Assembly: GCF_006345805.1 (NCBI RefSeq) | Contig: NC_043016.1 | Span: 3,472,001 to 3,536,000, forward strand | Origin: Octopus sinensis | Lineage: Eukaryota | Direction of reading: 5' to 3' | DNA: 64,000 bases | Shown here: positions 13,544-28,185 of the stretch, piece by piece | How positions within the stretch are numbered: the stretch's first letter is position 1 | Layout of the letters: every line of letters begins with the position of its first letter | Position numbers and translations under genes: made by a program | The notes under the pieces: generated by a model | Seen by the model: the letters and a program-made list of their open reading frames with translations, nothing else | The model's database searches: none | What the model was told of the DNA's origin: nothing

Positions 13544-13859
13544 TATATCAGGATCTCTTTCCCTTCTACTCGCCGGTGGGCTCTGCTATAGAGATTAACA
13601 AGCTAAATCAATGTTTGGGCGCTTAGTGTTGGATTTACAAAGCCAGCCTGTTTAGAGTTGTTTCTGAACGCAGAAGTAACGAGCTAGAACAAATGACGCA
13701 GTTTAGCCAAAGTTCTAACAACTTACGTAGTTTGCCTTATGCATACATGCATACATACACACATAAATCTATATATCTCTATCTATCTTCTATATATATT
13801 TTTTAATATACTTCCATTTATATCTACGTAAATATGTATATATGAATGTATATGTGTGC

Positions 13860-13892
<33 letters not shown>

Positions 13893-14230
13893 TGTGTGTG
13901 TGTGTTTTGTGTGTGAGTGTGTGTGTGTGTTTTGTGTGTGACTTTATATACACAACACACACACAAGCACACACTCTCACACACTCATATAAACTCTAAA
14001 GAAAGAATGAAACAAAGAAGAAAGATCTGCAACAAACACATAAAAGTTGTCTACAACCAACGACATCACTGGATCTCTTTTAATCTGTAATATATCCTAG
14101 CAGGAAGCCAAAGTAACGGGTTTTCTTTTTTTACCCAAATCTCTTCTATTTTCATGCGGTAATGATTTTTGTCTTTATTTTATTATTATTGTTGTTGTTG
14201 TTGTTGTTATTATTATTATTAATATTATTA

Positions 14231-14309
<79 letters not shown>

Positions 14310-14653
14310 ATTACTACTAATACTATATTCCTACTGAGTGAAATACACACTGTGTCTTGGACTTCAGAAATCAGTACCAATCTGTTAATGTTCTTTATCA
14401 GCATGGAAAATAAAACATCCTGGTATATACCAGTAGACTACACGCAGTAAAAAAAAATGTTGTTTTTAATGCAAATGAAGAACACACGCATTCATTCATA
14501 CATACATTATATATATATATATATATATATAACTATTCTAAATATATTTGCGGGGCGTCTGTTGTAAACGAGCACACACGCATTTCCTTAGTTACTCATT
14601 ACCTCACAAGGGCTAGCCAAAACTCATCACATTTAATAATCTCATTCATACCG

Positions 14654-14685
<32 letters not shown>

Positions 14686-15247
14686 CCATCATCACCTCAG
14701 CCACACCCATCACAACTATCACCATCATCATGAAACGAAAGCCTTGCATTAAACAGATGTTTCACAACATTATACCAGCTTCTTCACGGTCGTTCACGCT
14801 AACTAGAAATAGCAGTTAAACATCTCACGAATCCCACTTAAATATCTTAAACGGAACAAACTGAATAATGGCCGACAGATGTGGGACACATAGTTTTCAT
14901 CATATGACTTCTCGGCGATGGTTCACCTGCTGCTAACAACCAAAATCACCACAACACCACCACAACCAACAACAACTACCAGAGTATGAACAACAGCTCC
15001 AGCCACACTGCTAAAGGCGATCCAGTCATTTACACCGTTTGTGTCTTGACATTGTTATCAAATTTAATAGTGTGCCCGTGTCATCAAAAATGGCGACTGT
15101 TTTGTTAATGATAGAAAACTGCAAAATCAAAACAACGAGAGAAACGATTACTAAATGTCAGCAATAGAATAAGTGTATGCACGTACACAGAAATGAAATA
15201 CAGTAGAATATCAGATACAGTTGTAACGTCTGTAATAATCTATCAAT

Positions 15248-15344
<97 letters not shown>

Positions 15345-15350
15345 TATATT

Positions 15351-15356
15351 TATCTA

Positions 15357-15408
<52 letters not shown>
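15351..15408 (+). repeat. (TATC)n array at the 5' junction of Tx1-like copy A
   Basis: ..TATCTATCT|CCAAATGGAGAAG. Confidence 0.95.
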
Positions 15409-15409
<1 letters not shown>

Positions 15410-16971
15410 CCAAATGGAGAAGAACTGGAACGAGATAACGAGTAGGGTGGTCACTCTCGCCGGCAATGGGCCGAGGAGGAAACTGTCCCTAAATGGTTGG
15501 GCGGAGGTGGCGAACGCGTACATCGCGTCCATCATCTACTACCGCCTGACCGTCGTGCCTCGTCCCGACCCTACCATCACCAAACTAGAACGCATTCTCT
15601 TCCGCTTCTTGTGGAAAGGATGCGTCCCGATGTTCAGGTGATCCATTTGCTGTCAACACCCGTTAAAAGGAGGGCTGGGCATGCCCTGGTTGATGATGCG
15701 CAGACACGCGCTGAGACTGCGACATCTCCGGCTCTATGTAGACGACAGTGAACAGGTGTGGTCGCCGTGTGTGAGGCACGCTTTCTCGGAGTTCGTTCCA
15801 TGACAGAACTGCAGTCGTGGATCAAAAAGAGGCCGAGGAAGGGGGAATGGCACCGCGAGTGTCATGTAGCTCTCAAGCAACTCTGCCGTCCCGGGTCGAC
15901 CTTGAATGACTTCAACACAACCAAAGCATTCTATAGGTGATTAGTGGAGGGGAGGTACGACGACAATCTTGGGGCGAACCTGGGCGTCGACGAGGAACAC
16001 CTGACCAGCCTGTTTGAGACAACTTTCGGGCCAGGACCCATGGACAACTTCCAGAGATCTCTGGCGTGGCAGTGCTAACGAGAAGCGCTACCCGTTCGGG
16101 ATAAGCTCTATAGACACGGCTCGAGAAACACTGGGCCGACCTGCCTGAGATGCGGGCAGAACGACGAAACCGTGCTGCACGCAATCGTGCAGGGTCCAAC
16201 AATCTCCAACCTGTGGGCTTTTGTCGAACAACTGCTGTCACGTGACGGACGTGTCGGTTTATCAGCCGAGTCTATCGTTAATATCGTCACGCCTCCTTCC
16301 TTCAAACGGGAAGGAAGAGCTATTTTTATCATACTTGTGGGTATGGCGAAAGAATGTATCTGGTGGATGCGCCTGAAAGTATTAGAGACAAACACTTTCC
16401 TCTCTGGTCAATCTCTCATCAACTTCTTCAAGTATCACTTGAAGAGGAAAGTGAGAGTAGAGAGGCAAGTTTTGTCTAGTGAATGTTTTAAAAAAAGATG
16501 GGTGAATGTAGCAAGGATGGCACGTATGAATGACGAAGTCACCTTGATTATGATCCTATGAACCGTAAAAATTAATAGAGAGTTGCTTATTAGTAAAAAA
16601 TATAACAAATGGCGGTGCCCCAGCATGGCCACAGCTCATGAGCTGAAACTGGAAAAATCAAAATCAAAAATCATGTGACTTCATTGACCGAAGTTACCGT
16701 GGTCTTTTCCGTAGGCTTTTCTTTCCACGGTTAAACCTCACCTGTCCTCCCCTTTACACTTTATATTGACATTTCTGTGATAACGATCCCTATTGACCCT
16801 TTTTTCTTTTTCCTTTTATTTTCTATCCCCCCCCTTTTACTTTCCTCTTTCTTTCCTTTTACGATCCCTTTTGATCGAAAACCAAACCCTCTTTTGTATC
16901 CCCAAAAAGAAAAGCTCTACCTTGTAATTTGTCCCGTCTGTGTGCAGCCCTGTGTGGCTAATAAAGAAACA
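15409..16971 (+). mobile_element. Tx1/L1-type LINE copy A, 5'-truncated (late ORF2 plus 3' UTR)
   Basis: Homologous to copies C and F ([41 protein letters not shown]); ends GTGTGGCTAATAAAGAAACA|TATC. Confidence 0.92.
16611..16672 (+). mobile_element. SINE 3'-tail fragment inserted in the copy A 3' UTR
   Basis: GGCGGTGCCCCAGCATGGCCACAGCTC..TGAAACT..(AAAATC)n; absent from the same UTR position in copies C, D and E. Confidence 0.7.
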
Positions 16972-17630
<659 letters not shown>

Positions 17631-17771
17631 CTCTATATATATATACACACACACGTAATTATATATATGTAGAAACATATAGACGCACATTACGTGGGCA
17701 ATATTTTCAAGCGAGACACTACAACCATATATAATTCTTCAAGTCTTTAAATAAATACATACATATACACA

Positions 17772-17817
<46 letters not shown>

Positions 17818-17957
17818 ACACACACACACACACTTACACACTCACACATACACGTTAGTCACTGGCATGGTTTCGACCCATCCTGCATTGTCCTCGCTGG
17901 TGAAATTGTTGGAAACAACATACTACAAGGTGTATACCGAAATTTAAATTATTTTAG

Positions 17958-17994
<37 letters not shown>

Positions 17995-18256
17995 TTCGGA
18001 ATGGTCATTTTGCCAGTTTAGCCAATAATATATAATTTGAATTGAGGCAATACGATCGGCAATACGAGAAGAACATGACCTATTATCCAATAGAATATTC
18101 AATATATATGTGTACTTTCTTCGACATTAATAACTCATTATAAAGTTCGAAATAATATTAGTATTAAAAACATACAAGTATATAAACAAATATATATTAA
18201 AAAACACGCAAATATATAAAAGTACGTAGGCATTTAAAAAATATATAACATAGATA

Positions 18257-18670
18257 GGCGCAGGAGTGGCTGTGTGGTAAGTAGCTTGCTAACCAACCAC
18301 ATGGTTCCGGGTTCAGTCCTACTGCGTGGCATCTTGGGCAAGTGTCTTCTGCTATAGCCCCGGGCCGACCAATGCCTTGTGAGTGGATTTGGTAGACGGA
18401 AACTGAAAGAAGCCTGTCGTATATATGTATATATGTGTATGTGTGTGTTTGTGTGTCTGTGTTTGTCCCCCTAGCATCGCTTGACAACGATGCTGGTGTG
18501 TTTACGTCCCCGTCACTTAGCGGTTTGGCACAAAAAGAGACGATAGAATAAGTACTCTGGGCTTACAAAGAATAGTCCCGGGGTCGAGTTGCTCGATTAA
18601 AGGCGGTGCTCCAGCATGGCCGCAGTCAAATGACTGAAACAAGTAAAAGAGAAAAGAGAAAGAGAAAGAG
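18257..18670 (+). mobile_element. SINE family A, full length
   Basis: Matches 3825-4254. Confidence 0.9.
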
Positions 18671-19084
18671 ATACATAAATAGATATAATATTAAAGGTAT
18701 AATGAATTATAAATTCACACGATATGATATAAAGGAATAATATATTACAAGTTACAACACAAGCATGCAAGATGTTTAAAAACTGGTATGTATTTAAAAA
18801 TATTTAAAATAATTATAAATATAAATAAGTACGCAGGCAAAATAGAAAACATCAATATGGTGTAAGACATAGTGAATTATTAATTCACACGATAAAATAC
18901 AAAGGAATAAAAAAATTTACTAGTTACAGCACGGAGTCTCGTGGAAAGTTTGAAACTATAAAACATTAAAAGGACATACTAATATACGATGTAATGATGT
19001 AAGTTGTGTTCATTGTGTCTTTCGTGTTGTGGACCATCCTGATGATGGGAGTGTCTGTTTCCTTAAAATATGAAATTTATGTCA

Positions 19085-19410
19085 TGTATGTATGTATGTT
19101 TGTATGTATGTATATTTGTATGTATGTATATTTGTATGTATGTATATTTTTATGTATGTATGTATATATGTATATATATTTGTATGTATATTTCTATGTA
19201 TGTATATTTGTATGCATGTATGTATGTATGTATGTACGTATGTATGTATGTATGTATGTATGTATATTTGTATGTATGTATGTATATTTGTATGTATGTA
19301 TGTATATTTCTATGTATGTATGTATATCTGTATGTATGTATGAATATTTGTAGGTATGTATGTATATTTGTATGTATGTACGTGCGTACGTATGTATGTA
19401 TGTATGTGTG
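19085..19410. repeat. Imperfect (TATG)n array with a recurring TATATTTGTATG variant
   Basis: Direct. Confidence 0.9.
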
Positions 19411-19479
19411 TGTCCAGATTCGTATGTTTTGATTTATGTATGTATTCTCATGCATATAGCTACACATCTAGACATGATC

Positions 19480-19642
19480 ATGTATATTTAAATGAAAAAC
19501 TTCTGGAAAGTTTTACAGATTTTTACAGTTCCAGTGATGGACTGGATCTATAGTCGAATTAGCTTTCTCTTTTCTGGTTTTGAGAATCCTAATTTCTCCA
19601 GATTGTTATGCAAGCAGTGTGTTACATATCCCAGGGCCCCGG

Positions 19643-19676
<34 letters not shown>

Positions 19677-20130
19677 TGTATGTATGTATGTATGTATGTA
19701 TGTATGTATGCATGCATGCATGCATGCATGTGTGTATGTATGTATGTATGTATGTATGTATGTATGTATGTATGTATGTATGTATGTATGTATGTATGTA
19801 TGTATGTATGTATGTATGCATGTGTGTAGGTATGTATGTGTGTATGTATGTAGATAATGGAGATGTTTGGATCTAAGAATTATGCAGAAAGAATTGCTTG
19901 ATATTCTGAGGTAGAGGCGATAGTATACATTCAAAACTAAATGTTTATGAATGGATCGCTGGAATGTTAGTCCTCGGTCTTCAGGCGACCAGGGGGAAAA
20001 TGTGTGAAGCTTGTTCTTAAGCATAAGTTGGGGATTATTCAATTTCTGTGCAAAACAGCGTAGCACGAAGTGATAGATCTCGCATAGGATCTGTATTAAC
20101 GTGTACAATGAATATAACGCCTGTTGCAAA
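19480..20130 (-). mobile_element. C-terminal fragment of an RLE-type (R2/R4/NeSL-like) non-LTR element, interrupted by (CATA)n
   Basis: The minus frame reads GALGYVTHCLHNNLEKLGFSKPEKRKLIRL*IQSITGTVKICKTFQKF, resembling RLE C-termini. The upstream boundary is uncertain. Confidence 0.55.
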
Positions 20131-22004
20131 ATGATAATAATAATAATAATAATGATGATGATAATAATAATAATAATAATAAAAATAATAAATAATAATA
20201 ATATATTTGTTTGAATGCACAACAGCATTCAGGTTCATTTTTACTTAAAGTAGAACATTTTACTTTTAAAGTTGAAGCATTTTTGCCATATGATATCGTT
20301 TCATTTTATTTTATATAAAAAAGAGCCTATTTTTCTTCATGTTTTTTTTTTCACTTTCTAGAAAAACATAAAAGATTCTAAAAAGTGAAGAAAATAGAAA
20401 AAGAAATACATGAAAAACAACCACACCCCTCAAGATTAAAAATAACATTTTAGAACTCAAAGATATCATATTTATGTTTGCTTACATATTGATTAAACGA
20501 CTCAAAGTACAAAACTTTCATTGAAAGTATAATACGTCTCAAGTGATACGTTAAAAGACGAATTAATAACTGCATAGCCATTGTAGGCCTACTGTTATGT
20601 AACTTTACGGCCGAAGCGATCTATTCAAGGCGCGCGGGCGCGCGTTTCTGTGCGTTTGCTTGAATGCCTATATGTGCAATTCTCTATATGACTGAATATA
20701 GCTGACATTTTCATTATCATCTGTTTCATTCCGAGTCTCACCAATGTTAACGTTTGCTTATTATTTTAATATTCAATGGGTTTTCAGTGTCTATTTGTGT
20801 GAGCATGATTGTATTTATGCGAGTATTATTGAAAGAGTAAGAGGAAGTGATGATAGTGCACCATGAAGAAATACCTATCAATCTATTTTTCTTTCTTTTT
20901 GTCTTTCTTTCTTTCTGTCTTCCTTTCTTTCTTTCTGTCTGTCTGTCTATTAGCCCGTCATTCTTTGTCTGCCGGCGCATGTGTCAGCACCTTACACTTT
21001 CCTTTTTTTATTCCTCTCTTTTAATTTCTTCCTTTCACATGTTTTTGTATGTATTAATACACACATGTGTTTATTTACTTCACACGAAACGTAAACTCTT
21101 TAACTTAAAGACTTTGAGTACATCAACATTCCTGGTCTAATTATCCAATGTTTCTTAAAACATTGTGGTAACATTTCTGTGAGTTTTGACTGATATTTCT
21201 AGCAGATAAAAAGATTAAAGACAGGTTTCCTCTTTCACCGAATGGTAGAGAATTTGTTTTAATTTTTGTCAAACTTCTCCATTATTCTATTTACACTTGG
21301 AGTACGTTTTCCTCTTTTGCTTAAAACAAAATTCTTGAAAGATAACGCAATATTGAAAGGACTACTCTCTGTGGTCGCACGTTTTGCTAAAAATAGCAGT
21401 GACAGTGCAAGCACATTAGATGAAACAAAAATAAGACGCGGTGTTTTCAGTTTGAAAGCCTTAATTAACTGAAGGAAGGCTGACTTAATGTTAAAGATCA
21501 GCCACAAAAACTATTGACACTTTAAACAGTCGGTCAAGCTATTAGAGCTACCAAATCTCTCTCTAATCATAATCTATTGTCTTTAAAAAAAGGAGGCGTA
21601 AGATGAGTTTCGGCACGTCATGCATACAGAAACGAAAAGAGAAAAAATGCGACGGCCGTATCTAGAACACATTTGAACGTAGTTCTGATCAACGTTGACC
21701 TTCTAATTGCTAGATATAAAATAATTCTAGATATAATTACTAGATATAAAATAATTCTAAATGCTATCTTAAAAATCAGTCTCAGCTTTGTAATACTGAT
21801 ACACACACCGTAAGATAGAGATTAAAACAAGTCAACATCTAGGACTTTATTTGATCATTGGACGTTCTAGAAGGTTCAGAATAACTGATATAAAAGATTG
21901 GCAGGCATGGTTTGTGCTTTTCATCATGCTAGACTGACTCAAAATCTTGAAGCTATTTTCTGTTTCAAACCTATACTTATATGCATTGGTACACGTACAC
22001 ATAA

Positions 22005-22037
<33 letters not shown>

Positions 22038-22549
22038 ACACACACCACACACACACACACAACACACACACAACACACACACCACACACACACACACCAC
22101 ACACACGCACACACACACACACAGAGACAAACACATTCACACACACACACACCTCGACCCCGTTACATTTATATATTTTATATGTTCATGCCATATCTAT
22201 ACTCGCGTGTATACTATCAAAAATATATTAGGTGCACGACTCACTGAGTAAAACTAGACACCTATAATTCAGACACCACTATAAGCCCTTTGGTGATGTA
22301 CGAATGAATATGCCTTCCTTCTAGGTCACGTTGGCGCTATTTTCAGCACAAAAAGAACAAAGTGTACATTTTGTCATTTCCCTGTATTCTTTTGTTCTAC
22401 ACTTCTTCCTCCTATCTATACAATTGCCTGAAGAAAGACCGAAACTCAAAATGCTAAAGACACAACCACTTTCATAACCTTTTATTGAGAGTTAAACTAT
22501 TATTTATATATATCCTTACCGTCTTTTGTGTTCTCCCTTTTATTGCTAA

Positions 22550-24100
22550 TTTTTAACTTAAATCTACTCATTCACATATTAGTCAATTGTTTCTCTTCTA
22601 TCCATTGAGTTATGCCATCTCTCTTAGCAATCTTCTGTTAGCACTACCTTCCTTCTTGGAACCCTCGGAATATACTAGATATTTTGCTCTTCGTTTTCAT
22701 TGCTCCAATTTATTCCCATCCTAAAGAATTTCTTTTTAAATCTTTAAAAAACTCTTCTTCTCATTTCACCAGTATCTCTGTTGTTAAGTTGCACCTCTAT
22801 GACCTTCACTGCCGTCTCAGTCAATGTCTCATATCTCTCCATTGACATACACGTCACTCTAGTCTTGCAGGTTTTCTCAGCCGTTGACTCCACCATCATC
22901 TCATTCCATATGGCTTCTGTCTTCCTTTCCATCCCACATTTCCGTTCACTTACACTACAGAATCCATATTTTGCAAATCATCTCGCCTTGTGATGCGGGC
23001 TACCATCGGCTCCACCTTCTGCTAAACAAATACATTCCACTGCCAATATTACAAATCTGTATTTTCCTCTCCACAAATTACCTCTTCCTCTCCTCACCCG
23101 TGTTGTCAGCCCTTTAATTCATCAGCTCAACTTCTTGCTCATTGACATTTTTATTAACATTTAAAACAACTAACTCATCTCGCCCCTTTACCACCCATTC
23201 TTCACAATGCCACTGTATGTATCCCTCTTACATCTGTTACGCTTGCACCATACCCCTGTCCTTCACTGCTCTGCGGATCAACACGCCAAATCCTACCACA
23301 TACACACATTAGCCGGAGCTAACAGAACCATCACACTGACCCTGCTTTCTCGCGTACACTTCTTCAAAACGTAATCAAAACCAGTCGTCGGCTACACATT
23401 ACACACACCTCTTCTACTTACCTCTTCTGTATACCCACTAACCTGCACCTCTCTAAAGTTGAAAGTTATTTCTTTGGTAGGATTCTCCAATTCACACCAC
23501 TTACCTCCTCCAGCAAATAGCTTCGGTCATAGACCTAGATTGAACGCATCCTGCATCGGGCTAAACTCTACATCTATCATAGTTCAGATAAAATAATTAA
23601 CAACGAGGACTTCTTCGAGGATCTGGGTTTCCAACAACAAAGACGTAACATCACCCGGGCTAACCCGTCTCCACTCCGTAGTCTTCACTTGTGAGGTGAC
23701 ATACTGAAAATCGAGGGCGTGTGTGGAATCATAGTAATTTGGTGCACTGACTTGTCCAAGAAAGACACCGAATTCTGTCGGACCTTAAAATCAACTTCCC
23801 CTAAGTATCAGAAACTCGGAGCCTCCGCTCTTCATCAGCTCACCTCCCCCTTCTCAATTTCCACTAACTTTAGATCATTATCTATAACTCTGCCCACTCC
23901 CCATAAACTGCTTTTTCAAAATACACAACTCAAACAAACATGACTGCTCCGTCATCTCAGTTTGCAATTATCCAACTGAACTCACATCAACTAATATCGA
24001 TCACATTTCTTCATTCACTTAGCTTAGACAGCAAACAAGATTCCCCATCTGCCACTCCTCTTTCTCCTCCTCCACTCGACCTTCAGTCACTATGAATCAC
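22550..24100 (-). mobile_element. Highly degraded LINE-like remnant (possibly RTE/CR1)
   Basis: Purine-rich minus strand with weak RT-thumb-like pieces (F.YLG, GKW.EL); no intact ORF. Confidence 0.3.
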
Positions 24101-25189
24101 ATCCCTTACAATGACAGCCATTTTGCTCTACAATAATTTTGCCACCAACTTTGCACTCGCATATGTTTAGCAGAAACTATCCTCTTTCGCGAAGGACTTC
24201 CATCAGTAGAAGTTCCTCGCAATCGAGGATCGCTATAAGCATGTGAATGGCACTTTACAATACCAATTTGTTTGTTGATCATGATTAAAGTAATTATGAA
24301 TTCAAAAGACAAACAGCCCATGCATGCACACAGAGGTATGCACATATTCATAACACCACATATACATTGAGTTCGCAGCTGTGTACACATGCTACAACAC
24401 ACATAAACATATAATCTACATGTAATTACCTCCCCTGTTAATTTTCCATTCTTTCTGGGTCACTTCTGGTCCCTTAAACTTCACCATTTTAAACATGACT
24501 AGATACAGAATAGCACATGTTTTTCGTCACTCCGGTTTGTTCTGTCTTTTTCAAAACTTTTACCGTGTAACTAAATGTCAGGAAAAAATCGGAAACTTTA
24601 AGTCGCTTCTACTTTCTTGATTCTCCACTGAGCTTAAACGTATACACGTTGTTTTCTCTTTGTCTTCTGTGTTACTATTTTCACCGTACACTTTTTAACA
24701 TACACACACAAACAAACACGCACTCAAAAACATATACACACGATAACTAGCATATACATACGCACAAAAGCTCGCGTGCATGTGTGTATGCATTCATACA
24801 TACATGTATGTGCGTGCGTGTTGTGCGTATGCATGCGTGCGTAATGGGCTTCCGAATGGTTTCCGTTCACCGAATTCTACTTTAAGTTAATTGTTTCTTA
24901 GTATCTTCAAATTACCTCCTGCTTCCTTTGGCTGTCGCTGATAATGAATGCGAGTTCTTAGTTTTCTTTCTACGATTAAAGACAAATTTCATTTCAATGC
25001 AACACCACCAACTAAATTAGATTACGCATACCTATTTGTAAGTATGTATGCACATACATACATGCAAGTGTGTATGTGTGTGTACGCATATTGATCCAAC
25101 TGTCCATCCATCCATCCATTCATACACACGCGCAGATAGACGCACACACTCACGGACACACACATATATGTATATATTTATGTATATAT

Positions 25190-25476
25190 TTATATGCATT
25201 TAAGTCCAATGTCCGGTCATAGACTGACCAATGGTTTCGCATCCATAAAGGGCCAAGCCCCGTAAACGACTTGTCACACTCTAAAGCTGAAGACAAATAT
25301 AACTCTTCAACTCTTTGAGGCAAACTCCGTTGCGGTCTCCTGCCTCCTAAAGTTGAAGAGATATATTTGTCTTCGGCTTTAGAGCGACGAACCGTCCATG
25401 GGGCCAGGCCTTTTATGGATGTGAAACCATTGGTCACTCTATGACCGGAAATAGACTTAGCTGCATATAAATACAT
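25190..25476. repeat. ~285-bp fold-back (MITE-like)
   Basis: TCCGGTCATAGACTGACCAATGGTTTCGCATCCATAAA pairs with TTTATGGATGTGAAACCATTGGTCACTCTATGACCGGA; inner arms CTCTAAAGCTGAAGACAAATATA and ATATTTGTCTTCGGCTTTAGAG. Confidence 0.85.
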
Positions 25477-25759
25477 GACTGATATATGCTTTAGAGTGTG
25501 CGTCTTTTTCGGATATATGACACTTTGACGATATGTATGTATATGCGCACGCGCGCGCATATTTTCATCCGGAATAGAGACAAACTCCACTCCTCCATGT
25601 GATCGGCTTCAAAAATTGTTATGATAGTAAGATATTTTTTTAACATGAAATCAATGGTTGCCTTGATACACAAATAAAGAAATTTTATCCATATTCACGT
25701 ATGTGCTTTTTTTAATGCATGTCATATTTTTCAAAATTAAGATGAATAAAGTTCTTTTT

Positions 25760-26940
25760 TAATCTAAAATATACTCTCCTTCATTTTCTACAATGCTTTT
25801 ACATCTGTCCGGTAGACTAGCAAGATCTCTCCTCCAAAATTCCCTTGTCCGTGATGAAAAATGCTCCTCTAGTACGCTTCTGACCTCATCTACAGACTTT
25901 ATATTTTTTCCATCCAAATGATTTTGAAGGCTGCGGAATAAATGATAACCAGATGGGGTAATGTCCGGCGAATATTGTGGGAAAATGAAAATCGTTTCCC
26001 ATTCAAACTGTTCCAGCCTTTGAAATATGTCATCTTCTGTATATGTGGCCGAGCATTATCCTGATGGACAAACACCCTTCATCTGGAAGCCAAAGATGGT
26101 TGTTTTTCTTCTAGCACTGACTTAAGCTGCTCAAGCTGCTCACAGTAGATCTCCTTTGTTATCGTTTGGTTTGGGTTAAAAGTTCAAAGTGAAATACATC
26201 TTTCATATCCTACCAAACAGATAACACCTTACGTGGGTGAAGACCTTTAGCCAATGGGTGCCGGTGTTTCTCCTTTCCCTACTCACTGTCTTTGGCGCTA
26301 TCCTTTTCTTGTCACTAGTCATTGTTCGGTCCAAAAAAGGGACCTTCGGGAGACGTGACAGCAATAGAGAGCATACATTCATTCTCTTCGCGCGGTTACA
26401 CTCGGAAAGTGTGTGAGGAACACATTGACCCAATTTACTGACTTTTCCAATGGCACGTAGGTGTTGATGAATGGTTGAATGACCAAATCCAAGCTTCTCT
26501 GGTAGTTCCTCAACAGTTATGATGGGATTTTGTTCCACATGGGAGCCTCTAAGGATCTTCCGAGACGAGGCTCGTCTTCTAAACTGTAGTTTCCGGCTCG
26601 GAATATCTGGGACCACCGTTGACACTGGTTCCCGCTTATTGTTCGATCCCCATATACTGCATTAATATTCCTCATACTTTCCATTGTGTTGTTGCCTTTA
26701 TTGAACTCATAAAGCAAAATATGTCGAATATGCTCCTTTGTCTCTTCCATTATAGCTTTGAAAAATAATTGTTAAAATAGAACTGCACTCTTCTAAACAT
26801 GCACTAAGAATAAGTACAAGGTAAAATTACTACCTGCTTTTAAAGCAAGTTAATGCAGATAGTTTTTTTTCGCATCTCCATCAAACTTTTAGTTCATGCA
26901 ATTGAGTAAACCGCATTATTTATGGGATGTCCCAACATAT
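25760..26940 (-). mobile_element. Mariner transposon relic with disrupted transposase
   Basis: HIRHILLYEFNKG, SLEDEPRLGR, KLGQCVPHTL (WVPHEL), FLDRTMTSDKK, and SPDITPSGYHL (YSPDLAP) on the minus strand; TIR-like ..CCGCATTATTTATGGGATGTCCCAACATA at ~26911-26939. Confidence 0.88.
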
Positions 26941-26959
26941 ACTCTTTACTCATTTACTC

Positions 26960-27358
26960 ATTTACTTGTTTCAGTCATTTGACTGCGTCCATGCTGGAGC
27001 ACCGCCTTTAGTCGAGCAACTCGACCCCGGTAATTATTCTCTTTGTAAGCCCAGTACTTATTCTATCGGTCTCTTTTTGCCGAACCGCTAAGTAACGGGG
27101 ACGTAAACACACCAGCATCGGTTGTCAAGCAATCCTAGGGGAACAAACACAGACACACAAACACACACACATACACATATATATATACATATATACGACA
27201 GGCTTCTTTCAGTTTCCGTCTACCAAATCCCCTCACGAGGCATTGGTCGGTCCGGGGCTATAAGCAGAAGACACTTGCCAAGATGCCACGCAGTGGGACT
27301 GAACCCGGAACCATTTGGTGGTTAGCAAGCTACTTACCACACAGCCACTCCTGCGCCT
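26960..27358 (-). mobile_element. SINE family A, full length
   Basis: Reverse complement of 3825-4254. Confidence 0.9.
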
Positions 27359-27365
27359 ATATATA

Positions 27366-27395
<30 letters not shown>

Positions 27396-27396
<1 letters not shown>

Positions 27397-27709
27397 AATT
27401 AGAAAAAAACACCTTTATCAATTCAAATGAATAATTAACTTACACCATCTAGAAAATTACATATAATAGAAATATTAAATATAAAATAACAATAATATAC
27501 CGATGATTAGGTAAATTGCAAAATATAAATAAAACGTATATATTTGGTAGAGTAACAAATATATACGTTTTATTTATTATTTTGTACATTACTTAATCAT
27601 CGGTATATTATTGTTATTTTATATTTAATATTTCTATTATATGTTTTTTTCTAGATGATGTAAGTTAATTGTTCATTTTGAATTGATAAAAGGTGTTTTT
27701 TTCTAATTT
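27396..27709. repeat. ~315-bp near-perfect AT-rich fold-back in (TA)n
   Basis: AAATTAGAAAAAAACACCTTT.. pairs with ..AAAAGGTGTTTTTTTCTAATTT; 9-nt loop GTAGAGTAA near 27547. Confidence 0.9.
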
Positions 27710-27999
27710 ATATATATATATATTATATTTTGTGAAATTTGATTTAGTATTTCTAAATTGAATTTTTCCCCGTAAATTAGGAATAATATTCCCTCAAATT
27801 ATTATTATATAGAGTGGTTGTATAATGTCAACATAACATGACAGTCCCGTAGAGGGAATCACACCACCACTATATAGCCCTAGGAAGCATCGACACTTCC
27901 TGTCGGCTTTGACACATTTCCTGTGTCCTTAAATTTGCAAAGGGGAGGCAAGCACCCCCACTAGCTAGGACTAGCAACCTGAAGACATGCATAACGTTC

Positions 28000-28185
28000 A
28001 AAGATTTAAAAGGCCAAACAATGCAAATAGATTTTAAGATGAGGTAACGTAAACTAAAAGTAATTTACCCGGGAATCTTTGGTCGTATATGTATCCAAAG
28101 ATTACCAGATAACTTACTTTTAGTTTACGTTACCTCATCTTAAAATCTATTTATCTATTTGCATTGTTTGGCCTTTTAAATCTTT
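28000..28185. repeat. ~185-bp fold-back
   Basis: AAAGATTTAAAAGGCCAAACAATGCAAATAGA..GTAACGTAAACTAAAAGTAA pairs with TTACTTTTAGTTTACGTTAC..TGCATTGTTTGGCCTTTTAAATCTTT. Confidence 0.9.

Noticed and set aside
21259-21507. Open frames on both strands in non-repetitive sequence, possibly a host exon (minus strand ..TTTTTAG|CAAAACGTGCG..)
   Set aside because: No recognisable homology, ambiguous donor site and no partner exons; it needs RNA-seq or BLASTx.
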